NCBI GenBank assembly: GCA_051047955.1
Contig: JBPGPT010000001.1
Location: 186,001 to 250,000, forward strand
Source of the DNA: Cystobasidiomycetes sp. EMM_F5
Taxonomy: Eukaryota
Length of the DNA: 64,000 bases
Reading direction: 5' to 3'
Part shown: one piece after another, positions 39,442 to 53,014 of the stretch
Layout of the letters: every line of letters starts with the position of its first letter
Position numbering within the stretch: the first letter of the stretch is position 1
The notes under the pieces: model-generated
Told to the model about the DNA's origin: nothing
Seen by the model: only the letters and a program-made list of their open reading frames with translations
Database searches by the model: none
Translations under genes and position numbers: made by a program

Positions 39442-40692
39442 ATGTCTACTGCGGACGAGATCCCCGTAATCAGCTATGTTGCAGAACCTCTCGGTAGGTA
39501 CTAGTCTTACTACAGCTAACTTTATGCTCAGGAGCTTACGACCGACTGCTACGACAGTGGTAGCGTCTATTCTCCTGACAGGCTGTTGGGCAAATCGTAA
39601 CAGATCATCACCTTGCGCAAATGCGTCAACAATGACAGCACTTAAGCCGGACCGGTTGCCGTTCTTCCTATGGTCGATGCGAGTGCCGGAGACCACCGTT
39701 TATGCATCCAGGGCAATTAGCCGATTCTTGTCCAACTTTCCGTTTACAATGGAATTGATATACTGGCTTTTGACATATTGGATTTATCAAATATCACGGG
39801 CCACTCAAGCCTTAACTATGGGTGAAGGGACTTGGGCCGTTGCCCAGCAGCATGGAGAATGGATCGTCTGGCTGGAACGCGTCACCCTTGCTGACATTGA
39901 GCTGCCCGTCCAGCATTTCGTGATGGCGAGACCGGTACTAATGTACCTTTGCAATAAAGTATGCGCATGCTACGTGTTTTCATCAAAATGTACTGACTGA
40001 ATCAATCGACAGATCTACTCGATGGTACATATACCAGCAACAACGGCATTTATTGGCTACGCCTACTATTCATTCCATCCGACCGTCTTCCAGCAAACGC
40101 GCCGAACTTTGGTTCTGTGCAATGGTCTCGCTTTTGTCATTTTCAGCCTCTGGCCATGCATGCCTCCCCGCCTGCTTCCCTACGATCAGTACGGATTCGT
40201 TGATACAGTCCACCGACATGCTGCCGCGAGCATCTGGACCACAAACAAATTTCAAAATCAGCTAGCAGCTTTTCCTAGCTTACATTTCGGCTACTCGTTC
40301 GTCATGTGAGCAAGTTGGCATATCATGGAAGCAAAGAGTGCTGATTTTCATGCCTGAACAGCGGTCTGAGCTTGTGGTACTACTCCCCGCATCGAGTATT
40401 GCGTTTCCTGGGTGCAATCTATCCTGTCATGATCCTAGCCATCATCATGGCGACCGCGAATCACTACCTGGTAGACGCACTCGGCGGAGCTGTCGTTACT
40501 TATATTGCACATCACTACAACCGTATTCTGCTCAATCTGCGACCTATTGAGGAATGGGCATTCTGGATGTGCGCGACAGACAAACCTGTGGATAAGGACG
40601 CCTTGCAGCGGTCCCAGTCTGAGCGTGATCTCGAGAAATGGGCAGACTATCCGTTGTTACAGGATATATCGCCTTTGATGTCCGATGCATAG
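39442..40692 (+). CDS. PAP2_3 (Aur1/Ipt1-like) integral membrane protein (multi-exon)
   Basis: EPL..VVASILLTGCWANR, FPFTMELIYW, WPCMPPRLLP, AAFPSLHFGYS, TANHYLVDA. Start inferred. Confidence 0.85.
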
Positions 40693-40872
40693 AGGATCCG
40701 TGCGCACGGCCTTGAGCCCGAGAGAGTGCTAGATACAAAGACCTACTCCTAGATGACGTGCCTCTAATCTCTGAATATTGTTGCACAGACAATTTTTCAT
40801 GTTTCATGTCAGCCAAACATCGCCACTGCGACGTGTTTCAGCGGAACTCGAATTCATCCTGTTTTAGACTAC

Positions 40873-41281
40873 ATGCCAGTATGTCTCGTTACATACATGG
40901 TGACGAGTATTCATATGCTGACGCCTACGAAGCTCTCCGACAACCCGCCATGTCAGGGCGAAGCGTGTGCGATTCAGACTTGCCTCTCGCAGAACTCGTT
41001 TAATCAAGAAAAATGCAACGGCGTCCTCAATAAGTTATACGAATGGTGGGAATGCTCGAGCATAGGAACCTATTTCGAGTCTGCGCTGAAGTATGTGCTG
41101 TATTTCGCGCAGTTGTCATCGGCTATATGAACAGCACCCACTGCCTACGGGAATGTCGCCAGACGAAGAGGCGAAGCGACTAAGAGCAGGCAAAGGCGAA
41201 GGCGGAAAGGACTTTAGTACGGCGTGTCCGATGCGAACAGTCGTCGAGCGGAAGTGGAAAGAATTGCAAAGCAGCGGTTAA
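40873..41281 (+). CDS. CMC4: Twin CX9C mitochondrial IMS protein Cmc4/MTCP1NB-like (3 exons)
   Basis: Spliced PPCQGEACAIQTCLSQNSFNQEKCNGVLNKLYECC..STACP. Confidence 0.88.
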
Positions 41282-41357
41282 TCACGACCGTTGCAACATG
41301 TGATGCGGACCATTGTAGCATGCTGGACAATCTACAACAACTTCCTCGGGAAATGCG

Positions 41358-42725
41358 CTAGTCGATGGTCCCTGAAGACCACCAGTCCTTATGCTTCGCC
41401 AGTGTCGAAGCGAGACCAAATGTCGGCTTCCTGGACGCGGCAGCCGGCCCGCCCTTGACGCGAGCCCGGCTAGCCTGTACAGGCCCCTGCGCTGCAGTAA
41501 TTGACGCAGGCGACCCAACATGCTCAGACAGATTGACCTGATTTGGCCGACCGCTCTGCACAACTTTTTGTTTCTTGCTGTTACGGCTGACGGCGCCAGG
41601 CGCACCAGCGCTTCTTAGGCTTGACTCCCACTGTTTGTGTACTGAGCGGTAGATGGCCATAGTCGCCTGAGCGTCTGTGACCTGGGAACTGATATTGTCA
41701 GAATGAGGCCATCGTGCGGACTATTTTGGTACCTACCGATGAGTGCGCTCCTTCCTGAATGTCGATATTCAATACTTTCTTGGCCAGATTCTTCAGTGAC
41801 GGTCGCTTCGTTCCTGCTAGCTCCCGTAAAGGTCCATATTTTGCGGTGTCTCTGATCATATTGCCAGGATGTTTCAGTAGTAATACCTAGAGTAGGGTAA
41901 CGTGGGCTCAAAAATAACGTTGACGGATTCGCAAGGCAATCACCTTCAAGTCGTTGTAAACAGCATGTCCAACGAGTATTCGGTCCTTGATGAGTTCCGC
42001 TACCTGTTTCTGGACCTCTTCATAAGTTGGCGCTGCCGACAGTCACCGAATCAGTCAAGAGTGTCAAAGCAAGACTGACGATATCGCACGAACCGTTTTG
42101 TACGTCCTCTGCACGCACTCCGGACACCCAGGTCCGCCAATCACCGACTTTCTCCCTTTGCGCTACGAACGTGTCAAGGACTATTGCGCCATGGTAGTTG
42201 ACAATAGACACTCTTGCCAGGGAATTCTCTGCGTGATCCGAAGCAGGATCGTACAGTCCGACAAATTCGCAATCCAAAGAGACGTACTTTCCGGTTCTGG
42301 GGAGTAATGTCTGTCAGGGATGCAGCAACCGAAACGTCATGCAGCCTTACTCCGCCTTACGACCAGAAGGCTGAGCTTCTCCCAGCACGGTCTCTTTAGC
42401 TTTTCCCTTGCCTTTCGTGTCTACCGCTGCCACAGCATTATCCAGTTTGGTTGACCCCCTCGCGAAACCCGAGTCTGCAGCATTGGCTTGCTTTTCTAGT
42501 ACAGTGCTTGACTCTGAGCGTTTCCGTTTGATGGAAGATCGCTGCGAGCTCGATGGTTGCGCTGCAACATTCGCTGTCATGGACTACAAGGTATGACGGT
42601 GTCAATTTTCCAATTCTTGCCTGAACAAACAACCGGATACCGACCTGGCGGAGAGCCTTCCAATTTGACGAGACCTGAGGAGCGTCCACTTCCAGAGTCC
42701 TGGACGATGTCGATGTCATTACCAT
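41358..42725 (-). CDS. REX4: RNA exonuclease 4 (DEDDh; multi-exon)
   Basis: [49 protein letters not shown]. Confidence 0.93.
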
Positions 42726-42846
42726 GCTTGCGGGACCTCTTTTAACAGGATGCTACCGGTTTGGTCTGAACATAAGCCCCTATTTCCACGAGCTCTTCGT
42801 GTGACATGCACAAAGTCTGGTTGTTGTGTTTAGACTCGACTACGCC

Positions 42847-43870
42847 ATGCTGTATTGTATTGGACTGGGCCTCGGATCCCCAGAAGACATTACGCTGCGC
42901 GGTCTGCGTGCCGTACAAAAATGTTCGCGAGTTTACCTCGAAGCGTATACGAGCATTCTGGTCGACATTGGATTCTCGCCCAATGACGAGTCAAGTGGGC
43001 AGCAGGGAAGCGGGATTGAAAACCTAGTCTGTCCTTTAGCTCTAGGCTTATGAGAGACTGGCTCACCTTTTGTCTGGCAGGAGCGCCTTTACAGCAAGAA
43101 AATTATAGTGGCGGACCGAGACATGGTTGAAAGTCAGAGCGATGTCATTCTCAATAACGCGACGACAGAAGATGTCGCTTTCCTTGTCGTCGGGGATCCT
43201 TTCGGTGCGACCACGCATACGGACCTGCTTGTCCGTGCGATGGAGCTTGAAATACCCTACACCGTCATACACAATGCAAGCATAATGAATGCCGCAGGGG
43301 CGTGCGGGCTAGCGCTATATAATTTTGGTCAAACTATCAGTATACCCTTCTTCACCGACTCCTGGCGGCCGTCGTCCTGGTTAGCGCGGATTGAAGACAA
43401 TAATAAGCTCGACCTCCATACTCTGTGTCTACTTGATATCAAGGTGAAAGAGCAAAGTGAGATGAACCTGGCTAGGTCAGTAATACGTTTTCCAGTTGGC
43501 ACGTCCGCTCATATCTCATGTACCAAATCACAGGGGCAGGAAGATATACGAGCCAGCGAGATACATGTCCCCGGCAACGGCTATTGAACAAATAGCATCT
43601 TTGTTACCTTCGGATGAAGCGCCCTCACTAATGCCTTCTGAGACTCTGGCAATCGCGATTTCCCGTGTTGGCTCAGAGACGCAAAAGATCATTGCGGGGA
43701 CGCTGGAAGAGCTAGCTGCGCTACCGGAAACGGCGTTTGGTTCTCCTCTACATAGCATGATCATTGTTGGGAAGCGACTCCATCCCGTCGAAAGAGATTT
43801 TACGGTGCAATTCGCCGTTAACAAGGAGTCATGGCTAGAAGGGTGTAAGCGTTACGGCTGCGAAAGCTGA
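42847..43870 (+). CDS. DPH5: Diphthine methyl ester synthase (3 exons)
   Basis: [61 protein letters not shown]. Confidence 0.97.
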
Positions 43871-43973
43871 ATCCAATGCAGAATTTGCGTTTTTTCAATT
43901 CTGCATCCCCCAATTTGCGTCGATTGGTTGCCTACAACGACTGCCTCGCTGACGAATATTGCATAAAACAAGG

Positions 43974-46130
43974 TTATAACGTCATCTTGAAGTTTGGATC
44001 CCTGTCGTCTCCACAGCCAGCATACTTATCGTAGTGACCCGCACGCTTGCGTTTATTGATCCAGGAGCAGTACAGGGTGTTGGCCACGATGGCGACCCAA
44101 GCGTAACACAGCAGACCCAAAATGATTCGATGGGATCGGGCGTATGATGGACGTTCTGAACGCCGCAAACGTCATGATGTGAGCGATGGATACACTGCCA
44201 TATTGCTTACCTGTGGTAGGATAGATCCAAGCCGCAACAAACCCGCCGCAATTTGCGATTGCCAGCTGGAGTCCCGCCACTGTTGCGCGTTTATAATGTC
44301 CGGCGGAGTTGCCAGACAACCAAACCCTGTTCAAAGGGACGATAAGTCCAACAGCACGCAATATCCCTACCGCTGCGCCTTACAGGATTGCTGGCACGGC
44401 AGCGTATTGGCCAGAAGCCATAAGGAAGAGTGCGCCATATCGCGCATTGTAGGACTCCACAGTGGAAATCATAGCATACCCTGCTATAGCTAGAGGCAAG
44501 ACAAATATGATAATAGGCCCCCGGAGTGCCAGGCGATCGGATACGTAGGCCACAATTGCCGTCAGGACACCTGTAGGTGAGCCGTTAGCTGACATCGCAA
44601 CAGATGGAGGAATTCAAAGAACATGCTGTCGCGTATGGCGGTACCGAGAACAACTGAATAAGAAGGTTCAGCAGTGACGACGTAGTAGGCAAAGTCCAAG
44701 CCGTACCTGAGCGCTCGTATTGGAATAACCGAGAGCAGTAATGATACTGGGAGTAAATAGACCGAAGCTGTACAGCCCAGACAGTATGCAGAAGTATGCT
44801 GAAGCCGACAGCCAGGTCTGTACAGACAGGACACCTCGTAGTACTTCAGACCATTGAAAGTGTTCGCCAGCATGAGGCGAGGCAAGATGATTTGCGGCCA
44901 CGGCGCTGCGAGCGACTGGACGATCTGCGAGCAAGCGATTCACTGCGTAGCGTCTCTCCTCGTCGGTCAGGAAGCTCGCGGTTTCGAGGTCGTTAGGAAG
45001 GAATATGTAGGCGATGCCAGCTGCAACAATTGTTAACAGGCCCTCGATAAGGAATATCCACCTCCATCCTGCGGACATGACACCTCCTTGAGGTCCAATT
45101 CTGAAATTAAACGAGACCATCAGACGAAAGCGCGACTTTGCAGGTTGATGACGATACTGACGAATTCAGACCGTAGGCAAGAATACCTCCAAAAGCCCCG
45201 CTCAAACTGGCGGCAACGTAAATGAGTCCCATGCGGAAGCCGGTCTCTCTCCTTCTGTACACCATGTGCAAGTACAAAACGATTCCTGGCAAAAGTCCGC
45301 CCTGTTCCAAGTGGCACGATCTTCAGCAATCTGTGTATCTAACAGGAGAATGATATGGACATACCTCGGTTATTCCCAAAAACTATATAATAAGCATCTG
45401 TAAGTGGTCAAAGTTCCCGTTACTGGATCCTACCGGAACTTACGCTTCGTACGACAACCAAATGTGCATAGTTTTGAATGAAAGCCAAGCACATGCACAC
45501 AATGCCCCACAAGCCTATGCGTGAATACATGCTCTCAGTCTGCGCCAGCACTTGTGTGGAAGGATTGTTAGGCGCACCGGTTAGAAGGGGCAACCAGATT
45601 CTTGGGCTGACGCGCTTCATCAAGAGATTGCTTGGCACCTCGCTGACGATGTAGAAGAGGTAATACACGGTTAGGCCAATTGCGTATTGATCGTTTGTCA
45701 AGTTCAAGTCCGTCCGTAGGCCCAGAGTGGCAGCATTTCCACTGTAAAGAACATCACATGGGAGAGAAGAGCCATTGAAATAGAGTGAAGATCAAGATTT
45801 CTTTTAATTCGGGACGCGTGTGTATACAGATTACACAATCCCACATGTTAGTTCGGTCCAGAAACGACATGAGGAAGAGCAGGGCCAGAACGGGAAGAAC
45901 GCTGTCAGAGGGATAGAGACTCGTCAGATTTACTATTCGACAGTAAGCAGCACTCGCGTCTGTCTCTTGCGCCAAGAGACGCGAAAGACGCTGCCTCCAC
46001 TAAAAATAGGTCTGGCGTACCGACAATCCATCTTGAGTAGTATTCTTCGTCGCATTGCTGCATCATTGTCCATATGACCCGACTGGGTGCCGTCGGATTC
46101 CTCATAGCTTTCCTTATCGTTCTTGAACAT
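43974..46130 (-). CDS. MFS anion:cation symporter family permease (Tna1/Dal5-like; many introns)
   Basis: RRILLKMD, SFLDRTN, EVPSNL, LSGAFGGILAY, GWRWIFLIEG, NSAGHYKRAT, C-terminal DRDPNFKMTL. Confidence 0.93.
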
Positions 46131-47732
46131 GTTGAACAAGTCTTGCTTTATTTTGATGCAGACCGGCAAATTCGCTCGAGTAGCCGCTTCAGACAGACTC
46201 GGAGTACGCAGCGATGAGGCAGTTGCAGCCTTGAGTGATTCTAGTCGCAGAGCGTGTTGGCGTAGTTGGCGGGAGTGGTGTAGATGGAACCTCACTCGTT
46301 TCCAATACGCGCGCAAAGCCTCCGCGTTGCCACATGCCTGGGGCTCCCGTCCACGGTCTGCAACTCGGTGAGCGAGTATCTCACGGACTCTGTCAACGGA
46401 GACTCCGATACGTTTTCTACGGTGCACAACGCGAGCGCGCTGGTACTGCAAAGTATGTAACATATATGCGGCAGTTGCGGCCAGGCTTGGATTCTGTCTG
46501 CATGTTGCTGTCTCCGATTGGCCTCTTGTGTGGCAGCAGGTTCAGTCTCGTCAGGCAGGCTCAGACACAAACCATTGTTTGAACACACATGGCACATACA
46601 ACAACACCCGGCCCCTACACAGTTTATCGACGCTGCTCTCATAGCGATCCTCCAAGCTTAAGGGCTAGAGGAAATCACTGCCTATTTCTGTCAATACTCT
46701 GCCAGACGCGGCTCGACCTGTTGCGTTAATTGCAACCAAGGCTGGATACGTAAGACGAATTGGCATGCATTCAATTTGCAATTGCGCTCGTATCGCAGTG
46801 ATTACGGTATATTTTTTGAAAGGGGTCAATACTTGAACACGGCGAAGGAACAGCGAGGCGGACTCGGAGCCGTATATTTATGTAGCGACCGGTGTCAAAG
46901 AGATGTGGAAGTGTAGCTCACGGCCTTTGTGGATATGGCCAAAGCTGTACATCCCCCGAAGCCGATCGCACCCTTCCGAGATCATTACGACCAAGACCGT
47001 ACCGCAGGCTGAGTGCAGCGTGTCGAAAAGTGTACGTATCGAGCGGGTACAATACCTTCGTTGCACAAACAGCTCGACACGATAATTAATCTTTGTGCTT
47101 GTAATCTGCTCTTTCGCCCGTTTGGCTCGTCTCGCGCTTTGCCTTTAAGCCCTTCAGCGAAAAAGAGAGGGAACTGATGAAATTGCAGCTGAACTGAGCC
47201 GAGGGGAGTGCGCCATTGACGCCAGTGCCAACATTGTGCAGTAGTGCTCGTGCAGTGTCCAGGTGTCGTCCGTCTGGCAAGCTGTGCCCTATCAACTGCG
47301 GTTTCCCTGAAGATCCGGAGGACCCGGAGGTGCGCGCAAAACGCTTCTACCGCTGGATCCCGAGAAATCAAAATAAAACGCGAGAGACGCAGGTGCACGA
47401 CGCGTTAAATAGCGGAGAAGCAATATTCGACATCAGACCTGGGCAATCTGTCAAGACATTCTCAGGTCATGGCATAATTCTGCACGGACCTTCTGTACTC
47501 CCGGTTGGCCATCGGGCACTCTGTACGGAGCTTCCAACCTGCAAGCGCCAGTCGATGCTGACACATTCGTCCATCAATCGCTTCTCCGTCTTTCGAACAT
47601 TGCTCAGGTTGTGGTTGACACGAATGTTCTACCTTTCTAAACGGCTTGCTGCAGTACCTGATTTCTGAATCTTACCCCGTCATACCTATCCTTCAATCGT
47701 AGCTTCAAGCTTTCGCGCCCACGGCATACAGA

Positions 47733-50700
47733 ATGGCCGCCGTGCCTCGACCTGGAAGCGTTGGCGGATTCGCTTCCAGTAAACCGCTGCACATGACAAT
47801 GCCACCGAGCATGCATTCCATGCAGCAGCTGCAGCAACAGCAACAACCATCGGCTCAGCCTCTTCAGCAACCGCAACCATACTGGAACCAGGCGGGAAGT
47901 CCTCCCTCGTTGCAACATCAAGCAGGTCCCCAAGGCGCATATCAATATATGCAACAGACACAACAACAGCAGCAACAGCCAGGGCAGCAAACTCAACACT
48001 TACCTCCAAATGCCCAGCCTGCGTTCATTTCGCAGCAGCATCCTACTAATCCGATTCTGGCACAGATGGCAGCTTCAGGCTCAATGAATCCGGCGCTGCA
48101 ACAGCAGTACATGCAGCAACAATATCAGCAACAGCAGGCCCAACAGCAGGCTCAACAGCAAGCGCAGCAACAAGCTCAAGCAGCACAGATGCAGATGCCC
48201 CAGCGTTTCCAACAGCAGCAACAGATGCAGCAAGCGCAAGCTTTCGCAAACGGGAGTCAGCCAGGGGCACAGCTGAGGAGGCCCACGATTGATGAAATTT
48301 CTGCTGGAGGCGGACATATCGGTCCAAGCAATCAACCGCAGCAGCATCCTTTTACCCAGTTAAATCCTCAGCTACAGCAATACGTTTACACGGAGGCTAG
48401 CAAAAAGGGAGCGCAGATGAACCTTGACCCTGCACAAATGCAAGCATACATCCAAAGTCAGCTAAATGCAGCGGCCAACGCCCAAATGCAACACTTGCAG
48501 AATGCGCAACGTCAACAATTGATGCAACAGCAGCAACAAATGCAGTTGAACGCCCAGGCTCAGGCCCAAGTCCAAGCTACGCAAAATCCAAATATGGGCA
48601 TTCAGAATCGACCAAGTACGGCAATGGCACAAGCTGCGATGAGAAATAACGATGGCCAGTATACCACAAGCACTCAATCATCACCGCCTCTTCGGCATAT
48701 ACAGCCCCAACGGCCGCCCTCAGTCGCACCTGCAGCCCAAGGGCTGCCAGATGGACAAGGTCTACCCGGGCGACCCTCCTCGCAAAGCAATGTACCGTCG
48801 CAATTGCAGCAACAGCAAACTGCAAATATGCCGCATCATCATCAGCAACAACAGCAGTCACATACTGTCAACAATGGTCCTACTTCACATCAACAAGGTC
48901 CCTTTCCGGTACAGCAGCCTCAGATGCACCCTCAGCAGAGCCACGTACGAGGAGCGTCCGTATCTGTACAGCAGCCCGTAGAACCTGAAATTCAAGCCCG
49001 TCAATCAGTCCCACCCATTCAGTCGACGCTCCAACAACAAGGCCCATACCGTCTGTCTCAGTCACCGGTAAGGCCTCCGACATCACATGCTGCTAGCTCG
49101 ATGCCACAGTCAATGGACCAGCAAGCCGTGCAGCCATTCCAACAACAGATGCAGTATATGGCACAGCACCCGACTAACGGTGCGAAACTCAGTGGGCGGG
49201 TAACCCCTGAGGATCCTGCGGGGAAAGCGCCGCCGACGCTGCAGGCATCCTCACAGGGACCAGGTGCAGACGGCATAGGAAGTCTCGCCAATGCCGGGAA
49301 CACGCTACAGAAAAATGAAGCGACGCTCAGCCGGGATAGCCACGAAGCATCAAAAGCGGCAGTTGACCCTCTTCTGTTCGAGCGATTAAGTGCGGCCATG
49401 CGTGATCATATTGATGGACTACCGGCCGAGACACTTTTCACACGGACTTCGTGGATAGACGCACCCGAGTGGAACGACTATGCAACAGATCATGCTGTTG
49501 ATGCAAGCGAGAACGGTCAGCCCAACAGATCGGAGTCTGCACCTCTGGATATGACCCGACTCATACAAGAAGCACGGGTCGAGCAAGACAAGCTCAATGC
49601 GACAAATTTTCCATCTTACGGCAGGCATGATAAGTTGAAGCTGGAGCGATGGATGCAGCGAGACATGCGAAATACTAGACTCGCGCAGAAGGAGCAAGCT
49701 ACGATTTATGGTGCGCTTGACGAACTAGCCGAAGATATTCTGCACCAGCACGATTGGCTAGGCAAGCCAGATATTCTTTCTCTGATGCCGGGCGCCGATC
49801 TAGAGGCTCTTCGCATAGAGCGGCAGAGGGAGCGACAGAGAAAGGATGCAAGTTTTCGCATCCGTAGTCGGAAAGAATCTGAAAAAGAGCTTCTGCTCGG
49901 AAAGCGAAAGGCTCGTCCATGGCTGGAATTTACGAAAAAGCAGCTCAAAGTTGCGGCAAAAGTCGAGGAGCGCTTAGTGCCTATTCGACTGGATTTGGAA
50001 CACGAAGGACGGAAGTGCTCTGACACCTTCACGTGGAATATGAACGATGAGCTTATTACACCTGCTAAATTTGCTACTATCCTGTGTGAGGATCTACTCC
50101 TTCCCAATGATCCCTTTCACACTCTCATCGTTCAACACATACAAGAGCAGATCAAGCTAGTTCGGGACGCGGAAGCATCGCATCCCCAGACCCTCTTTGT
50201 CGGTACAGCAGCCTCCGCCAATCGTGATAGTTCGGCAGACTACCCGCAAAGCCTTGCTCCAGCAGGCGGACTTTCGATTGACGGCGTCAACTCCGTTCTC
50301 TCGCAAGGAGATAGCAATGAGGACGAAGATTGGTGGGATCTATGGCGAAAGAAAGTTCGTCTCGCGGCCGATCTGGCCGTGGGAGATGTGACGGAGAATT
50401 TCTTGTGGGATGAGGGCATCGATGACCTCGATGTTGCACTACCTCAGGCACCTGCAATCGTCGTTGAAGAAAGTGCCGCTCCTGCAGCATCGAGTATTAC
50501 CCACGAGGAACTGCGAATATTGATTCAGGTAAGCGATCGGTTTCCAAGTGTTCTGACATGATCTGAGGCGGTACATGATATACAGTTGGATATTGCTGTT
50601 GATACGATCAATCTCAAGGATCAGTTCGAATGGGATCTGGCTGATCCGCAGAATTCGCCCGAGGACTTCGCCGCCGTCTACAGTATGGATCTTGGGCTAA

Positions 50701-52774
50701 CTGGCGAATTCTGTACGGCAATTGCCCACACTATACGAGAGCAGCTCGACACGCATTCACGTTCGCTTGCTGCCATTCGTCACATACGCGGAGACCAAAT
50801 CCTTCACGAGGACTTGCGTGGTGCTTTCCAGCAACCATTGAGCGAAGCTGTGCGGTCGCACGACGTAGAAGCATGGACGCCGCATTTGGAAATTCTAAAC
50901 CTACTAGAGCTGGATCATCGCGAGAAAGAAAGGGAACGCAACGCTCGCAGGCAAAAGCGTGGTGCCAGAAATGCCCGTCGTAACGCGATAACCTTGCCAG
51001 AAAGAGAAGCAATAAGAACCAGCCGGACGATAATGCCGAGACCTGGTGCAAAATTAGATCGACCAACTGGGGACGTCGTTGATGATGTCTACGCTCCGCC
51101 CGCCTACGAGGTTGCTAAGCCCTTTCCCCTCGTCCCCGTACGAGGTCTTGGATCGCCGCCGCGTATGGGATCGCCTTTACGAAGAGGCAGATGGAAGGGC
51201 AATCACGATGTGCCCACACTCAACGGCATGTCCGGAGACATTGGCATGTCGGTTGTCAAACCTAAGCTGCCTGGCAAACGTAAAGGTCGGCCACAAGATG
51301 CGCCAGGATACTCTCAGATGCAAGGCGATACCGTCGACGGCGGGACTCCACCGCCTGGTGGTGCTGGGCCTTCGCTGCAGTCACCTCTGCCTGCAAGCCC
51401 CGCCACGGCAGCGCCAGGCAAACGAGGCCTAGGTAGGCCTCCGAAGGGCAGACTCGGGTGGCAGTCAGCTTCATACTCGCAAATGACAACGCATGACAAC
51501 ATCATCGGCGGGAAGTGGCATTGTACCAGTAAGCCGTCACATATCTCGCGAGTATGGCATCGATCACCTTCTGAATATACATTCGTCGCAGATTGCGGAG
51601 TGCCGGAGCCAGTCGCTGTAGGTCGTCGTAAGGGCCCGGCAGGCCCAAACACCCTATGTAAAGAATGTGGTAAGCGGCGATCATGGAAGAAGACAAAGGG
51701 AGATTGTCTCATACCATCTTGAACAGGCGTTTACTGGATGTCCAACAAGGGGCGCCTGCGGCCGTGTGATTACACTACCGATCCTGCATGGCATCAAGCT
51801 CGAAAGGAAGGCTTTGCTGGACCTGTGCCGTACCAGACTTCGAATTCCGCTGCAGCGACCCCTTCTGGCCACGTACCAGACTCTCCAGGCGGAAGCGTGT
51901 TCGAGCCCGACTCGGGTGACGATAGTCGACTTGATGAAGATGGCGACAGACAACGAGCCAGGCGCGGCAGCGGATCTACGGCCAGCGTTCAAGACAGCGT
52001 TCGTAAGCCGCCGTCGTTTTCTGCCGGACGTACTCAGGCCGCTGGCAAGGGTGTGGGCAAAAAGTTACCGCAGGCTCCGCCAACGCTGTTCTCGCCTCCT
52101 TCCAAAGCCACTTCGCTGCCAGGTGTCAACGTGCACAAGTTGTCATCGCAGAGCGTGCAGTCCCCACAATCTGGACTCGAACAGGCTCTGCCTATCATTA
52201 AACTTGGGCAGAATCGACGTGAAACTGCTTCTCCGGGACCTCCGCTTGTCCGCAAGAGCAGCGGGCAGACACAGCCTCCTGTCGGCAAGAAGCCTGTCAG
52301 TTCATTCGTTGCCAATTCCCATGCCTCCTGCTGACAGTAGCGTCGATTTCATAGGTACCACCTCGATGGATGCGTGACCTCTTTCTCGCACTGGCAGCTG
52401 AGAAGTATGAACTCAGAATAAGCAGGCAGACCAATGATGCTGACTTGCGATTTGGATTTGTGCAGGCCTGACGATCGCTTCGAGATTATCCTAAAGCCAC
52501 GTACGGATCCTGACGAACAGCTAGAATGGCGGCTGAAGTGTTTAGGTGAGTTCAGCAACGCCATACCCTGCTGACTGTCGGGAAGAAGACTTAGACTAAG
52601 TTTCTGCAATCAGACTGTCCCGGTAAGGTGTACAAGACCGGACCCGACGAGACTCTCGATAACTTCTCGGCTCATCTTCGTTTCAAAGGACATCGAGCTG
52701 CTGTCGCCGCGCGTTTAGCCGCCGAAGGTAGCACGAGTGCTGGCATGAACGCACTACACAGCGTCGGATCATAG
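47733..52774 (+). CDS. SNF5: SWI/SNF subunit Snf5 with Q-rich N-terminus, SNF5 repeats, GATA-type finger and C-terminal C2H2-type finger (multi-exon)
   Basis: LVPIRLDLE..DTFTWNMND, LKDQFEWDL..PEDFA..LGLTGEFCTAIAHTIREQ, spliced CTNC-X20-CKEC, terminal WRLKCLDCPGK...HLRFKGH. Confidence 0.9.
47820..48570 (+). repeat. CAG/CAA-rich low-complexity tract encoding polyQ/QA runs in Snf5
   Basis: Multiple CAG/CAA runs, e.g. QQQQAQQQAQQQAQQQAQ. Confidence 0.85.
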
Positions 52775-53014
52775 CTTGTTCAATTGTACATAGCATCTGT
52801 CCGCTTCTGATTAGCACTTCGGGCTTTGTTTACATGAACGCACTGAAACGGTTTGGAGATGTCATGGTGTAGTATTGCGACATTTACTTTGCACTTGAAA
52901 CGGGCCCTCTTTGCCTTGTTCGAACTTGCTTGCCGATCACGCCTGCAGGCGGTTCCGCCATCCTTGCGCCCGGTACTCGTTATCGCACGACTGCACTATA
53001 CTGGCATTCGCATC

